Positions 45,835-55,963 are shown, counted from the stretch's first letter. The stretch: DNA of 64,000 nucleotides from Patescibacteria group bacterium (GCA_019752595.1 JAIELV010000001.1:120486-184485), one strand, 5' to 3'. Notes: generated from the sequence alone by a model not told the origin. Made by a program: numbers and translations.

Positions 45835-47655
45835 ATGTGCGGAATATTTGCGTATACGGGAGATAAGAAAGCCCAGCCCATTCTCCTTGAAGGGCTTCAA
45901 TCCTTGGAATACCGCGGGTACGATTCAGCGGGTATTTTTATGCCAGGTTCACCGCTCGTTAAAACACCAGGCGCCGTTACTGAACTCAGAAAACGCGTTC
46001 ATTTCACTTCAGATGCAAAAAGCGGTATCGCGCATCTGCGCTGGGCGACGCATGGGGAACCTACGGAGGTAAATGCGCACCCGCACGCGGATTGCACAGG
46101 AGATGTGTATGTGGCGCACAATGGTATTATCGAAAACTTTAGAGAACTGAAAGCGGAGCTGGAGAAAAGAAATCACACGTTTAAATCACAGACGGACACG
46201 GAAATTTTGGCGCACCTGATTGAAGAAGGGGTGGTTGCTGGCAAATCGTTTGAAGATGCAGTTATCGACACTCTTCAGCAAGTGCGTGGCACGTATGGCC
46301 TACTCATTTCATACGCAAAAGAGCCAGGCACAGTGATTACCGCACGCATGGGTTCTCCTGTTGTTTTGGGCCTGGGAGACGGGGAGAATTTTATTGCTTC
46401 TGATGCCACGCCAATTTTGCGCCACACAAAAGAAGTGGTGTTTTTGAACGATGGCGATATTGCCATCATTACTCCGACGTCGCACCGTGTACGCACGCTC
46501 ACCAATTCTGAAATCGACCGTCCCGCAGAACACGTTGATTGGGACACGGAAGAGGCATCCAAGGGTGGGTATCCGCACTTCATGCTGAAAGAGATTCACG
46601 AGGCACCAGAGGTACTGGAGAACGCAATTCGCGGACGTTTAATCGCTAAGGAGGGCAGAGCAAAACTTGGTGGTATTGAATCGGTTGCGGACACGCTGGC
46701 AGATTTGGACCGATTGATTATCACCGCGTGTGGCACCGCGTATTACGCAGGACTTTTAGGTGAATACCTGATTGAAGATTTGGGCGGGATTCCTGTCGAA
46801 GTTGAATTGGCTTCGGAATTTCGTTATCGGAAACCCATAATTAGAAAAGGTACGGCTGTTTTAGCGGTGACGCAATCAGGCGAGACGTTGGATACGCTCG
46901 AAGCGATTCGGGAAGGGAAGCGCCGTGGTGCTTTGACACTCGGCGTGGTGAACACCGTGGGCTCTACGATTGCGCGTGAGACAGACGCAGGAGTGTATAA
47001 CCACGCAGGTCCTGAAATCGGCGTTGCTTCAACAAAGGCGTTTGTGTCTCAGGTCGCAGTACTTTCTCTTGTTGCATTGTTTCTAGGCAGATCACGCGGA
47101 CTTTCGGAAGACGAAGGTAGAAAAATAGTGCAAGGTTTGCAGGAATTACCTGAGCTTGCAAGAAAAGTGCTGAAGCTTTCCGAAACAATCAGAAAGATTG
47201 CCCTGAAATACAAAGACGCACGCGACTTCCTCTTTATCGGGCGTCGTTACAGCTACCCTGTAGCGCTCGAGGGTGCGTTGAAACTAAAAGAAATAAGTTA
47301 CGTGCACGCGGAAGGATATGGGGCAGGGGAGATGAAGCACGGACCTTTAGCGATGATTGATACTAAATTTCCGACTGTGGCGATTGTGCCTCAGGATTCC
47401 GTGTACGAAAAAACGCTTTCCAACATGATTGAAATACAGGCGCGCAAAGGTCCGCTCATTGCAATTGCCACAGAAGGGGATGAGCGAGTGAAAGAAGTCG
47501 CAAACGACGTAATTTATATTCCAAAGACTATTGAACAGCTTTCGCCAGTCCTTTCAGGTATTGCGGTTCAGCTCTTTGCGTATCACTTTGCCGCCGAAAA
47601 AGGCCTCAACGTCGACCGCCCCCGCAACCTTGCAAAATCAGTGACGGTAGAATAG
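45835..47655 (+). CDS. glmS: Glutamine--fructose-6-phosphate aminotransferase
   Basis: MCGIFAY N-terminal nucleophile, two SIS domains, C-terminal ...KSVTVE. Confidence 0.9.
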   Translation: MCGIFAYTGDKKAQPILLEGLQSLEYRGYDSAGIFMPGSPLVKTPGAVTELRKRVHFTSDAKSGIAHLRWATHGEPTEVNAHPHADCTGDVYVAHNGIIENFRELKAELEKRNHTFKSQTDTEILAHLIEEGVVAGKSFEDAVIDTLQQVRGTYGLLISYAKEPGTVITARMGSPVVLGLGDGENFIASDATPILRHTKEVVFLNDGDIAIITPTSHRVRTLTNSEIDRPAEHVDWDTEEASKGGYPHFMLKEIHEAPEVLENAIRGRLIAKEGRAKLGGIESVADTLADLDRLIITACGTAYYAGLLGEYLIEDLGGIPVEVELASEFRYRKPIIRKGTAVLAVTQSGETLDTLEAIREGKRRGALTLGVVNTVGSTIARETDAGVYNHAGPEIGVASTKAFVSQVAVLSLVALFLGRSRGLSEDEGRKIVQGLQELPELARKVLKLSETIRKIALKYKDARDFLFIGRRYSYPVALEGALKLKEISYVHAEGYGAGEMKHGPLAMIDTKFPTVAIVPQDSVYEKTLSNMIEIQARKGPLIAIATEGDERVKEVANDVIYIPKTIEQLSPVLSGIAVQLFAYHFAAEKGLNVDRPRNLAKSVTVE

Positions 47656-47670
47656 ATTGCTCCTAAAGAA

Positions 47671-47892
47671 ATGGCTTTTGAAGTATTTAACGTTGGAGAT
47701 CGTGTCGCGGTTGATGGGCCCAATGGACCCCGCTTGTTCATTGCAGAAGTCTTGAATGGTCAGTGGTCGGGGTACTTCCATTTACGATATGGGCAAAGTG
47801 GTAGCGTAATAGAGAAAAATGGAGAGAAGAAAAAATTCCATAGAAGCCTTTTAATCAAGGCGCCTGAGGTTCAGGGTCCGCGCGGAGACTAA
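47671..47892 (+). CDS. Small hypothetical protein (paralog of 47916..48110)
   Basis: GDRVAVDGPNGPR vs GEKVTIEGRPGVY in the neighbouring ORF. Confidence 0.35.
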   Translation: MAFEVFNVGDRVAVDGPNGPRLFIAEVLNGQWSGYFHLRYGQSGSVIEKNGEKKKFHRSLLIKAPEVQGPRGD

Positions 47893-47893
47893 A

Positions 47894-47916
47894 TGTGCTA
47901 TACTTAGTATAGAACA
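47894..47916. promoter_or_regulatory. Palindromic extended -10-like motif (copy 2 of 3)
   Basis: tgtgctatacttagtatagaaca. Confidence 0.5.
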
Positions 47917-48110
47917 TGGGGTTGGAAAAGCGATTTAGTCCTGGAGAAAAAGTTACGATAGAAGGTCGCCCTGGTGTCTATGTAGTATCCAAATATGATA
48001 CTGATCCACTCAGGGTACCTCTTGTTCCTTTGAGGGGTGGCCCAGACGAGAGTGTACCCCGAAGTCTTGTGCAAAAGATGCCACAAGTGCCCCCGCAAGC
48101 CCACTCATAG
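47916..48110 (+). CDS. Small hypothetical protein
   Basis: 64 aa. Confidence 0.35.
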   Translation: MGLEKRFSPGEKVTIEGRPGVYVVSKYDTDPLRVPLVPLRGGPDESVPRSLVQKMPQVPPQAHS

Positions 48111-48158
48111 GTCTTTTTGGTTGCACTCTAGAGGCTTTTCGGGTAGGATACACGGACT

Positions 48159-48470
48159 ATGGATATCGCAGTAATCAAGACAGGCGGAAAGCAGTACATC
48201 GTTGAGAAGGGCTCTCTTTTGACCATTGAGGCTATCCCGAACGTTAAGGAGGGTGATTCAGTTAGCTTTGATTCGGTCCTTTTTACCGATGACGGCAAGA
48301 CGGCAACGGTAGGTGCCCCGACAGTTTCAGGTTCAAAGGTAACAGGAACGGCAGTAGAGGTTGGTAAAGGTAAGAAAATCGTCGTTGTGAAATACAAAGC
48401 AAAAAGCCGTTACCACAAGAAGCGTGGTCACCGTCAGCCGTTTCTCAAAATCAAAATCGAGTCCCTCTAG
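48159..48470 (+). CDS. rplU: 50S ribosomal protein L21
   Basis: MDIAVIKTGGKQYIVEKG...KKRGHRQPFLKIKI. Confidence 0.9.
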   Translation: MDIAVIKTGGKQYIVEKGSLLTIEAIPNVKEGDSVSFDSVLFTDDGKTATVGAPTVSGSKVTGTAVEVGKGKKIVVVKYKAKSRYHKKRGHRQPFLKIKIESL

Positions 48471-48485
48471 ACTCGATTTTTCGTT

Positions 48486-48698
48486 ATGTCTCGTGCGGAA
48501 AAATACGCTGACCTCTCGTGGGAATTGCTTATTGAAATGGCAGAGCACCGTAAGGCAGACCTTTTCCCCGATGACCCGCGGATTCATCCGTCTTCAGTGA
48601 AGTATGCGGTAAAGCGTTTGAAACTCCGCAAGGGAACAAAAAAGTACGAAGAAGTGATAGCAGGCGCACGCAGTATCAATCCAAAATTTTTTGAGTAA
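48486..48698 (+). CDS. Hypothetical small protein
   Basis: 70 aa; followed by a bidirectional terminator 48697..48720. Confidence 0.35.
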   Translation: MSRAEKYADLSWELLIEMAEHRKADLFPDDPRIHPSSVKYAVKRLKLRKGTKKYEEVIAGARSINPKFFE

Positions 48699-48704
48699 TC
48701 GCGC

Positions 48705-49304
48705 TTAGGCGCGATTTTTTAATGCGTTTCTGAGGGTTTCGGAATCAGCGTATTCAATTTCTGCACCAACAGAGAGCCCTCGACCAAGGAATGATATTTT
48801 CAAATCAGGTTTAATCGATTTCATAAGGTCCATTAATTCTCGTCCAGTGTAATCGCCTTCAGGTGTTGTGGAGAGCGCCAGAATAATTTCAGAAATGCCG
48901 TTTTTCTTTATTTTTTCTTGAAGCTCTGTTGAGCGCACATAGGATGCGTTCTTTCTCTCAGTCATCGGAATCAGCCCGCCTAAAACAAAATACAAACCGC
49001 GGTATGCGTGGGAAGCTTCAACGTTTTCAATGTCTGCATCTTTCTCAACGACCATCAGTATTTTTGAATCACGCTCTACGTTTGCGCAGATAGAGCAGGT
49101 GCGGCCGTTTCCAGAGTCGTCATAGCGGAAGCATGACATGCACTGTTCAGTTGTTGCACCGATTGCTCGCAAAATCTCTGCAAGTTTCTCGCGGAAGGCG
49201 GGGGTTTTCGTTAAAAGAAATTGCACAATGCGGCGCGCTTGCCGAGGCCCGATTCCAGGGAATTCAGATATAAGAGAAGAGAGCTCCTGTATCGGGCGTG
49301 CCAT
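48705..49304 (-). CDS. recR: Recombination protein RecR
   Basis: HhH N-term (LPGIGPRQARRI), C4 zinc finger, Toprim domain. Confidence 0.9.
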   Translation of the reverse strand: MARPIQELSSLISEFPGIGPRQARRIVQFLLTKTPAFREKLAEILRAIGATTEQCMSCFRYDDSGNGRTCSICANVERDSKILMVVEKDADIENVEASHAYRGLYFVLGGLIPMTERKNASYVRSTELQEKIKKNGISEIILALSTTPEGDYTGRELMDLMKSIKPDLKISFLGRGLSVGAEIEYADSETLRNALKNRA

Positions 49305-49358
49305 AGTTAGTCTTTGTTCGCGAGTCCGCGAGCGTTAGAAAGACTTACACCCCGCCCT

Positions 49359-49601
49359 CTAAGCTCCCAAAATACGTTTCTTAAGTCCTCTCCAAGCGCT
49401 GCCATAATACTTAAGTTTCTGCTCTCTATCTCGCGCTGCGGCCTGACTTTGGTAGCTTTCATAGTATAGAAGGGTATATCCTGGTTTTTTATTTGCATGC
49501 TCTCTGAGGCGCCGCTCAATATCGTTAGTATATCCGATGTAATATTCACTCGCACTGTTTTGCAAGATGTATACATGATGCATAGAGGGCGGGGTTAACA
49601 A
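49359..49601 (-). CDS. GIY-YIG nuclease-domain protein (stand-alone, 80 aa)
   Basis: HHVYILQNSASEYYIGYTNDIERRLREH matches GIY-YIG. Confidence 0.7.
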   Translation of the reverse strand: MLTPPSMHHVYILQNSASEYYIGYTNDIERRLREHANKKPGYTLLYYESYQSQAAARDREQKLKYYGSAWRGLKKRILGA

Positions 49602-49627
49602 AATGTAATCGCTCCGCTCAACATTTT

Positions 49628-50998
49628 CTAAAAATCATTCGGAATACCTGACGGCGCCATGTTTTCGTACCCCTTTGCAGGGTCTTGGAACGTGGCGCGC
49701 TGAGCATGGAAGTAAAGATCTACTTTTCCTGTGGGGCCGTTTCTGTGTTTTTCAATAAGAATCTCTGTCATGTTGCTTTTTTCTTCGCCTGGTTCTTTGT
49801 AACGGTCTTCACTATGAATGAACATAACGACGTCCGCGTCCTGCTCAATAGATCCTGAATCGCGAAGGTCTGAAAGGCGAGGACGGCCACGGCGTTGTTC
49901 GATAGCGCGGGAGAGCTGTGAGAGTGCCAAGACGGGCACATCCAGCTCGCGGGCAAGTGTTTTCAACGAACGCGAAATTTCAGTTACCTGCTGAACCATG
50001 TTGTCGGAAGAGCGGCTGGCGGTTGAAGACATAAGCTGGAGGTAGTCGACGATAATAAGGCCGATGCCGTGCTCACGCTTCAGGCGTCTTGCAACTGAGC
50101 GCATCACGAGCGCGTTGTTGGCAGGCTGGTCGTCGATATAAATAGGCGCTTTTGAAAGCTCGCCCATGGCGTTTCTCAAATCCTCGTATTCTTTGTCGGT
50201 GCTCAGTTTTCCTGTGCGCAATTTCCATGCGTCGACACCAGCTTGTGCAGCAAGCATACGGTCAACCAATTGCTGAGAACTCATCTCCAACGAAAAAATA
50301 CCAACGGGCGTCCCGTGCTTTATTGCCGTGTGTCGCGCAATATCAAGCGCGAGTGCGGTTTTACCCATTGAAGGTCGTGCGGCGAGAATAATGAGGTCTG
50401 AACGCTGGAATCCTGCCAAAAGGTTATCCAAGCCTGTAAAGCCTGTTGGCACTCCGCGCATTTCGTTGTCGCCCTTATTCAAACTATCCAAACGCTCCCA
50501 CGCTTCTTTCAACTCGTCGCCGATTGAGACGAACTTTCGCATGGTGGGGGAGGAGGTCACTTCAGAAAGGCGTTTTTCAGCGTGGTCAATAATTTCTTCA
50601 ACATCGCGCGATTCGTCGTACCCGATTTCACCAATGTCAGATGCCGCATTGATAATGCCGCGCATCATCGCTTTTTTCTGCACAATCTCTGCGTAGTACT
50701 TCAGGTTGGCGGAAGTCGGGACAGCAGAAACTAATTCCGCGAGGTAGGAATTTCCGCCTGCGCGGTCAAGCTCCTTCATATCTTTCAAGCGGCTTGCTGT
50801 CGACAAAAGGTCTATAGGATTTCCCGCGCCCGCGAGTTCAACAAACGCGCGGTAAATAATTCGGTGTCTTTCAACGTAAAAAGAGTCTGTCGACACAATG
50901 TCGCTGATTTCATGAATCGCCTCGGCCTTGAGCATAATTGAGCCCAAAAGCGCGCGTTCAGCGTCTATTGCTTGTGGTGGAATTCGTGACTCTGCCAT
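49628..50998 (-). CDS. dnaB: Replicative DNA helicase DnaB
   Basis: Walker A ARPSMGKTALAL, RecA-like core; start placed at MAESRIPPQ rather than the longer ORF. Confidence 0.85.
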   Translation of the reverse strand: MAESRIPPQAIDAERALLGSIMLKAEAIHEISDIVSTDSFYVERHRIIYRAFVELAGAGNPIDLLSTASRLKDMKELDRAGGNSYLAELVSAVPTSANLKYYAEIVQKKAMMRGIINAASDIGEIGYDESRDVEEIIDHAEKRLSEVTSSPTMRKFVSIGDELKEAWERLDSLNKGDNEMRGVPTGFTGLDNLLAGFQRSDLIILAARPSMGKTALALDIARHTAIKHGTPVGIFSLEMSSQQLVDRMLAAQAGVDAWKLRTGKLSTDKEYEDLRNAMGELSKAPIYIDDQPANNALVMRSVARRLKREHGIGLIIVDYLQLMSSTASRSSDNMVQQVTEISRSLKTLARELDVPVLALSQLSRAIEQRRGRPRLSDLRDSGSIEQDADVVMFIHSEDRYKEPGEEKSNMTEILIEKHRNGPTGKVDLYFHAQRATFQDPAKGYENMAPSGIPNDF

Positions 50999-51036
50999 GA
51001 GGTCATTATAGACCCCAATGGTTTTGACCCTAATTT

Positions 51037-51480
51037 TTGGATTGCCGTATATCCCAAGGCATATCCACTTGTTTTTCCACTTTGCTATACTGTGTGTATA
51101 TGCCCGAAAACCGAGACGGCGATGTTTTTGATCTAGATGCGACACGGCGCGATAAGGTTCGGAAAACACACGCCGAGAATGCAGCAGTTTTTGGTGACAC
51201 AGAATTTTCCGTTCCTCCCGAGGGGCTCAAAATAAGTATTCCTGAAATACTGGCCTATGCCCGTGAAATACTCAGTAGTACTCCCGAAGGCGATCCTGAA
51301 GAATACGCGCCGTCCACTACTAATAATGCAATAGAGCAGTCAACTCCTGACACCCTTAGGATGATGTTGGAAACGCATAAACGTTCTGGAGGAACACACT
51401 ATCCCGCAGGAACAGCACGCAAGGTGGCAAAAACACTTCTAGCGCGCTTTCCGAACACGGAATCTACAGCCACTTCTTGA
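51037..51480 (+). CDS. Hypothetical protein
   Basis: 147 aa (alternative start MPENRD); no domain. Confidence 0.3.
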   Translation: MDCRISQGISTCFSTLLYCVYMPENRDGDVFDLDATRRDKVRKTHAENAAVFGDTEFSVPPEGLKISIPEILAYAREILSSTPEGDPEEYAPSTTNNAIEQSTPDTLRMMLETHKRSGGTHYPAGTARKVAKTLLARFPNTESTATS

Positions 51481-52390
51481 ACTTAAAGTACGCGAAGAAT
51501 GAGGTGGTTAAGAGCCCCATCGCCCCGAGTATTATCCAAAAGTCGTTTTGAGTGCCAAGAATAGGAGTGTGTGCGGTGTTCATGCCGAATAGTGCTGCAA
51601 TAACCGAAAGCGGGAAAGTGATAAACGCCATTATGGTCAGGTTTTTCATGATTTCATTCTGGCGCGTGTACAGAAGTGCGCTGTTTGTTTCGCGAAGTTC
51701 ATCAAGCACATCCGCAAGTGCGAGCGCTTTTGTGTAGACACGCGCATGGAATGATTTCATTCCGCGTAGGAAATTACCGTACTCTTCGCCCAAAGTCATT
51801 ATGGTTATCTGCTCGAGCGCGTCTAGTACATCCTTATGTGCAGAAAGGGTGCGTTTCTGATTCAGTAGTTCGCGAGAAACAACTGAAAGCGCGACCACCA
51901 TTTCTTTCTCGTTTCCTTCAAAAATTTCTCGTTCAATTGCGGTAATCGAATCTTCGAGCGATTCTAATTCGTTTTCAACGGTTTGGTACAGTCGTTCAGA
52001 AAGCTCTAAAAGTACGTGCCCGCTTCGGTATTTTGGATTTGAGGAATGCTTTAGAAGTGTGTCGGCTTCAAACGAACGAGTGAAGTCATAGACCGCAGGA
52101 ACGGTGTCGTAGTGTGAAGTAATGATAAATTTTTCTCCGATAACAAAGTCCACTTCTTGCGTGATGTTTTCTCCGCCCGTATGCCGCATAGCGGGGAAGT
52201 GAAGAACAGCGTATGTAAAGTGCGGGTACACGTCCGCACGGGGTTTGAGTGTTGGGCCGAGCAAATCCTGTGGAAGTATATTACCGAGATTAAATTCTTG
52301 TGCGATTTCTTCCACTTCGTCTGCAGTAGGGCTTTCTAAGTCAACCCAATGAACGCCCTGATGCTGAAATCTGTTTATCATGCTTTGCAT
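51464..52390 (-). CDS. corA: Mg2+/Co2+ transporter CorA
   Basis: C-terminal two TM with GMN motif (LFGMNTAH). Confidence 0.8.
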   Translation of the reverse strand: MQSMINRFQHQGVHWVDLESPTADEVEEIAQEFNLGNILPQDLLGPTLKPRADVYPHFTYAVLHFPAMRHTGGENITQEVDFVIGEKFIITSHYDTVPAVYDFTRSFEADTLLKHSSNPKYRSGHVLLELSERLYQTVENELESLEDSITAIEREIFEGNEKEMVVALSVVSRELLNQKRTLSAHKDVLDALEQITIMTLGEEYGNFLRGMKSFHARVYTKALALADVLDELRETNSALLYTRQNEIMKNLTIMAFITFPLSVIAALFGMNTAHTPILGTQNDFWIILGAMGLLTTSFFAYFKFKKWL

Positions 52391-52432
52391 TATAACGTGT
52401 TCCTCACCTTTAATGTGTCATAATAGAGCGTT

Positions 52433-53656
52433 ATGGATATACGTGGGAAGCTCAGCAAGGTATTTCAGCTTGATTCAGTGACGCTTGCGGTCGGTGCGTT
52501 TTGTTTCCTTGCGGTAGGCTTTTTCATTGGTGCACGTGGTATTGATGTACCCTTTGGCTTTCAGGCGTCGAATGAAGCTCCTCAGCAGGCCGATATGGAG
52601 TCCTTCTATAAGGCATGGGAAATACTCGATGCAAATTTTGCCCCAGCAACGACCACAGTGACGACAAAAGAAGAAAAAGTATGGGGTGCTATTTCGGGCT
52701 TGGCAGCGTCATATGGTGATCCGTATACGGTGTTCCTCCCTCCGCAAGAAAAAGAGATTTTTGAAAGTGAGGTGCAGGGTAATTTCGGCGGTGTGGGTAT
52801 GGAGGTTGATATCAAAAACGGTATTTTGACCGTTGTTGCGCCTCTCAAAGACACGCCTGCATTCCGCGCGGGGATTAAGAGCGGAGATTTAGTTTTGGAA
52901 GTTGATGGCGTGAGCACGAACGGGCTTCGCGTTGAAGAAGCGGTTGGAAAGATTCGCGGCGCCGAAGGCACAGACGTCGTACTCAAAATTTCTCGAGATG
53001 GAGGTGCACCATTTGAAGTCACGCTTACACGAGAGCAGATTAATCTCCCGACGGTGGATACTGAATTACGTCAGGACGGTGTGTTTGTCATCAAGCTCTA
53101 CTCGTTCAACGCAAACGCTCCTGAAAAATTCAGAGATGCGCTTCGTGAGTTTGCAAATTCAGGCACTGATAAAATGATTGTTGATGTTCGTGGAAACCCA
53201 GGTGGATATTTGGAAGTTGCTGTTGATCTTGCAAGCTGGTATTTGCCAGTTGGTAAGCCAATCGTGATACAGGATTTCTCGAGCAGAGCACCACAGGAAA
53301 CATTCAGAAGTCGTGGATACGATGTGTTCAATGATCAGTTGAAACTCGTGGTGTTGATGGATGAAGGTTCAGCCTCCGCTGCAGAGATTTTTGCAGGCGC
53401 ACTTCATGATCATGGTGAAGCAACGCTTATCGGCAAGAAAACCTTCGGCAAAGGCTCTGTGCAGCAGGTGTTTGATGTGACGAGCGATTCATCACTCAAA
53501 ATCACTATCGCTCGCTGGCTTACTCCGAACGGTGTTTCTATTTCACATGAAGGAATTCAGCCAGACATTGAAGTAGAAATAACCAAGGAAGACATTGATG
53601 CAAAGCGTGACCCACAAACGGAACGAGCGGCTGAATTCCTGACAACAGGTAAGTAA
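52433..53656 (+). CDS. Carboxyl-terminal processing protease (S41) with PDZ
   Basis: GNPGGYLEVAVDLAS, catalytic Ser/Lys region, PDZ segment. Confidence 0.8.
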   Translation: MDIRGKLSKVFQLDSVTLAVGAFCFLAVGFFIGARGIDVPFGFQASNEAPQQADMESFYKAWEILDANFAPATTTVTTKEEKVWGAISGLAASYGDPYTVFLPPQEKEIFESEVQGNFGGVGMEVDIKNGILTVVAPLKDTPAFRAGIKSGDLVLEVDGVSTNGLRVEEAVGKIRGAEGTDVVLKISRDGGAPFEVTLTREQINLPTVDTELRQDGVFVIKLYSFNANAPEKFRDALREFANSGTDKMIVDVRGNPGGYLEVAVDLASWYLPVGKPIVIQDFSSRAPQETFRSRGYDVFNDQLKLVVLMDEGSASAAEIFAGALHDHGEATLIGKKTFGKGSVQQVFDVTSDSSLKITIARWLTPNGVSISHEGIQPDIEVEITKEDIDAKRDPQTERAAEFLTTGK

Positions 53657-53657
53657 T

Positions 53658-54527
53658 ATGGTACTTCTTGCGGTCCTCTACGGCGTCATTGCGATGTTTG
53701 CGGGCGGTATTTCAAACGCGCTCCTGAAAGGTGTTTCAGGTGGCCTTGGTGCTGTGCCAACCGTCATTGTGCGTGCAGGGGTTTCCGCGGTCACACTCTT
53801 TGTCGTCCTTCTTATTCTCCAGCCTCCACTTTCGTTTAACCTGGGGAGTTTTGTGGTAGCTATTTTAATTTCTATCCTCGGCTACTTCCCATTTCTCTTT
53901 TTTGTCAAAGCGCTTCGCATGGAGAAAGTAGGTATTGTCGCGCCAATAGCCTCGAGTTGGATTGTCGTTGCGTCCATTGTGGGTTTTGTGTTTTTTAATG
54001 AAACACTCTCTGCAGAAAAGCTATTTGTGCTTGTGGCGGTTATCGCGGGTGTCGTTTTAACCTCGGTTGATTTCAAAGCATGGGGCAGAGGACACGCGGT
54101 GTTCTCAAAAAACGCGATTATCTTTGCGCTCGCCGCTGCATTTTTGTGGGGTTTTGTGTTTCCTCTGTTTCAGCTACCATCGGCTGCTTTCGGGGCTCTG
54201 GTATTTGGGCTCATAATCGAAACAGTAGTTTTTCTGTGTGGAGTTGTACATGTATTGATTACAAAAACGCAGATGCCCCTTTTCTCTGTAGTAAAACCCC
54301 ACCTGAAGGCCCTCATAGGTGCAGGAGTTCTGACTGCGGTCTACACCCCTGTTGTTTCTCTCGGATACCTGACAGGGAACGTGAGTTTGGTTTCTGCGCT
54401 CTCGGGCTCAAGTATTGTGGTCGCGGTTTTTGTCGCATCATTTTTGTATAAAGAACGCCTGACGGTTTTACAGTACGCGGGCGGGGCTCTCATCTTGCTC
54501 GGCACGATATTTGTCTCCGTTTTCTAA
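53658..54527 (+). CDS. Polytopic membrane protein (DMT/EamA-like)
   Basis: 289 aa, ~10 TM in two similar halves. Confidence 0.4.
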   Translation: MVLLAVLYGVIAMFAGGISNALLKGVSGGLGAVPTVIVRAGVSAVTLFVVLLILQPPLSFNLGSFVVAILISILGYFPFLFFVKALRMEKVGIVAPIASSWIVVASIVGFVFFNETLSAEKLFVLVAVIAGVVLTSVDFKAWGRGHAVFSKNAIIFALAAAFLWGFVFPLFQLPSAAFGALVFGLIIETVVFLCGVVHVLITKTQMPLFSVVKPHLKALIGAGVLTAVYTPVVSLGYLTGNVSLVSALSGSSIVVAVFVASFLYKERLTVLQYAGGALILLGTIFVSVF

Positions 54528-54855
54528 ACTACAATGCACGACATTATTAAATGTCGTGCATTTAAACACGTCTGCCGTATTTGCCAATTAACCTGAGTAC
54601 GGCTACAGTGCACGGATGGAAGAAGAAGACCAACTAACGCATGTGATTCTTGATTCTCGAAACGTCACAAATCCCTCCCTGCACGGGGCATATCCTGGTG
54701 GTCCACTAGAGTATGTGTTTGATAGTGCTTGGAAAACACCCTTCTCTCGTCTGAATGTGGAGCAACGAGCTGCGGTTATTCCCGCTGACAGGAGAGCATG
54801 GCGCGCAATAAGTATTCCCGCTGACAAAAAAGCAAGAAGGACAGGTTTATAAAGC

Positions 54856-54925
54856 ATGAAAGTAGTAATGCTTATTGATCTAAAGAAAGTGGGTTCGCGG
54901 GGCACGATATTCGCGTCTATGCTAT
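54856..54925 (+). pseudogene. Truncated duplicate of the rplI 5' end
   Basis: atgaaagtagtaatgcttattgatctaaagaaagtgggttcgcggggcacg is ~85% identical to the true rplI start at 55529; runs into a stop after 23 codons. Confidence 0.6.
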
Positions 54926-54930
54926 AAGTC

Positions 54931-55461
54931 ATGCAACGTAGGGAACGGCAAGGAGTAGCTATTTCCGAAGATGAAATTCAGGCATACGCACCAGAGCCGT
55001 GGCGGGTTTCTCTCTACGAAAAACTAGCCATTGGAAAGCTGTGGAAGCCTGGATTTGGGAACTTTCGGTTAAACCTAAATGCACGCGCTCTTGAACGTAA
55101 TTATGCTGATCAAGCACTCCATCTCAGTGACCAACATTTTCAAACACTCTGGCTTCTTGCCCGAGCGCGCCTTACAGGAGCGCCAATTAATTCCTATGAG
55201 ATAACAAACTTTATATACGAAAGTCGTCCCGATAAAGACATAGATTTAGTTGATCGAATAGAAAACGCTGTTTCGGTAGAAATGTCTGCCCTTAGAGGTC
55301 TCTTAGGTGTGTTTAGCGGAGATACAGTTTTTGTGCAAAACGAAACAGGGATAGGGTATAAGCTCGTTCTTTCAGGAGAAGGACCAATTAAGAAGTATCG
55401 TGGCTCAAGTTCTGCTCGCAGTCATGCGCGGATAGTAAACTTTCCACATCGAAGACAATAG
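54931..55461 (+). CDS. Winged-helix (OmpR/PhoB trans_reg_C-like) DNA-binding protein without receiver domain
   Basis: LSDQHFQTLWLLARA...INSYEITNFIY...VFVQNETGIGYKL resembles the OmpR C-terminal wHTH. Confidence 0.5.
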   Translation: MQRRERQGVAISEDEIQAYAPEPWRVSLYEKLAIGKLWKPGFGNFRLNLNARALERNYADQALHLSDQHFQTLWLLARARLTGAPINSYEITNFIYESRPDKDIDLVDRIENAVSVEMSALRGLLGVFSGDTVFVQNETGIGYKLVLSGEGPIKKYRGSSSARSHARIVNFPHRRQ

Positions 55462-55466
55462 TAGGT

Positions 55467-55489
55467 GTGCTATACTTAGTATAGCACAC
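55467..55489. promoter_or_regulatory. Palindromic extended -10-like motif (copy 3 of 3) upstream of rplI
   Basis: tgtgctatacttagtatagcaca. Confidence 0.5.
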
Positions 55490-55528
55490 TGAGAGAGTGA
55501 AAGGCTGTTTTGGTATACTCTGAAAGAT

Positions 55529-55963
55529 ATGAAAGTAGTAATGCTTGTAGATTTGAAGAAAGTCGGCTCCCGCGGAACGGTGGTGGAGGTTGCGGACGGG
55601 TATGCGATGAATGTTCTTCTGCCACAGAAGAAAGCGGTAGTGGCGACACCAGAAAACCTAAAACGAGTTGAAAAAGATACGCTCGCGGCGAAAGGGAAGA
55701 AGGATATGGATGCAATTCTCGCACAGAAAGCCCTGGCGCAGATTAATGGAAAGACCATTACCGTTACAGCAAAGGCAAATCCTACAGGCGGACTTTTTGA
55801 ATCGATTAAAGAAAAGCAGATTAACGAAGCAATCGAAAAAGAATTTTCTATTTCTTTGCCCGAGTCGGCAATCAAACTAGATGAGCCAATAAAAAAAACT
55901 GGCGTACATCCAGTTACCATCTCACTTCATCAGGCAAAAGCCGTTATCTCGGTCTCGGTTTAG
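55529..55963 (+). CDS. rplI: 50S ribosomal protein L9
   Basis: MKVVMLVDLKKVGSRGTVVEVADGYAMNVLLPQKKA. Confidence 0.9.
   Translation: MKVVMLVDLKKVGSRGTVVEVADGYAMNVLLPQKKAVVATPENLKRVEKDTLAAKGKKDMDAILAQKALAQINGKTITVTAKANPTGGLFESIKEKQINEAIEKEFSISLPESAIKLDEPIKKTGVHPVTISLHQAKAVISVSV

Noticed and set aside
50999-51169. Long N-terminal extension of dnaB (MFSEPYRAV...)
   Set aside because: No homology to the DnaB N-domain; the canonical start MAESRIPPQAIDAERALLGS lies at 50998.
54603-54932. Coding ORFs between the membrane protein and the rplI stub (54616..54852 + and 54603..54932 -)
   Set aside because: Mutually overlapping on opposite strands, no RBS, no domain; the region more likely holds a terminator hairpin (54551..54578) and promoter sequences.
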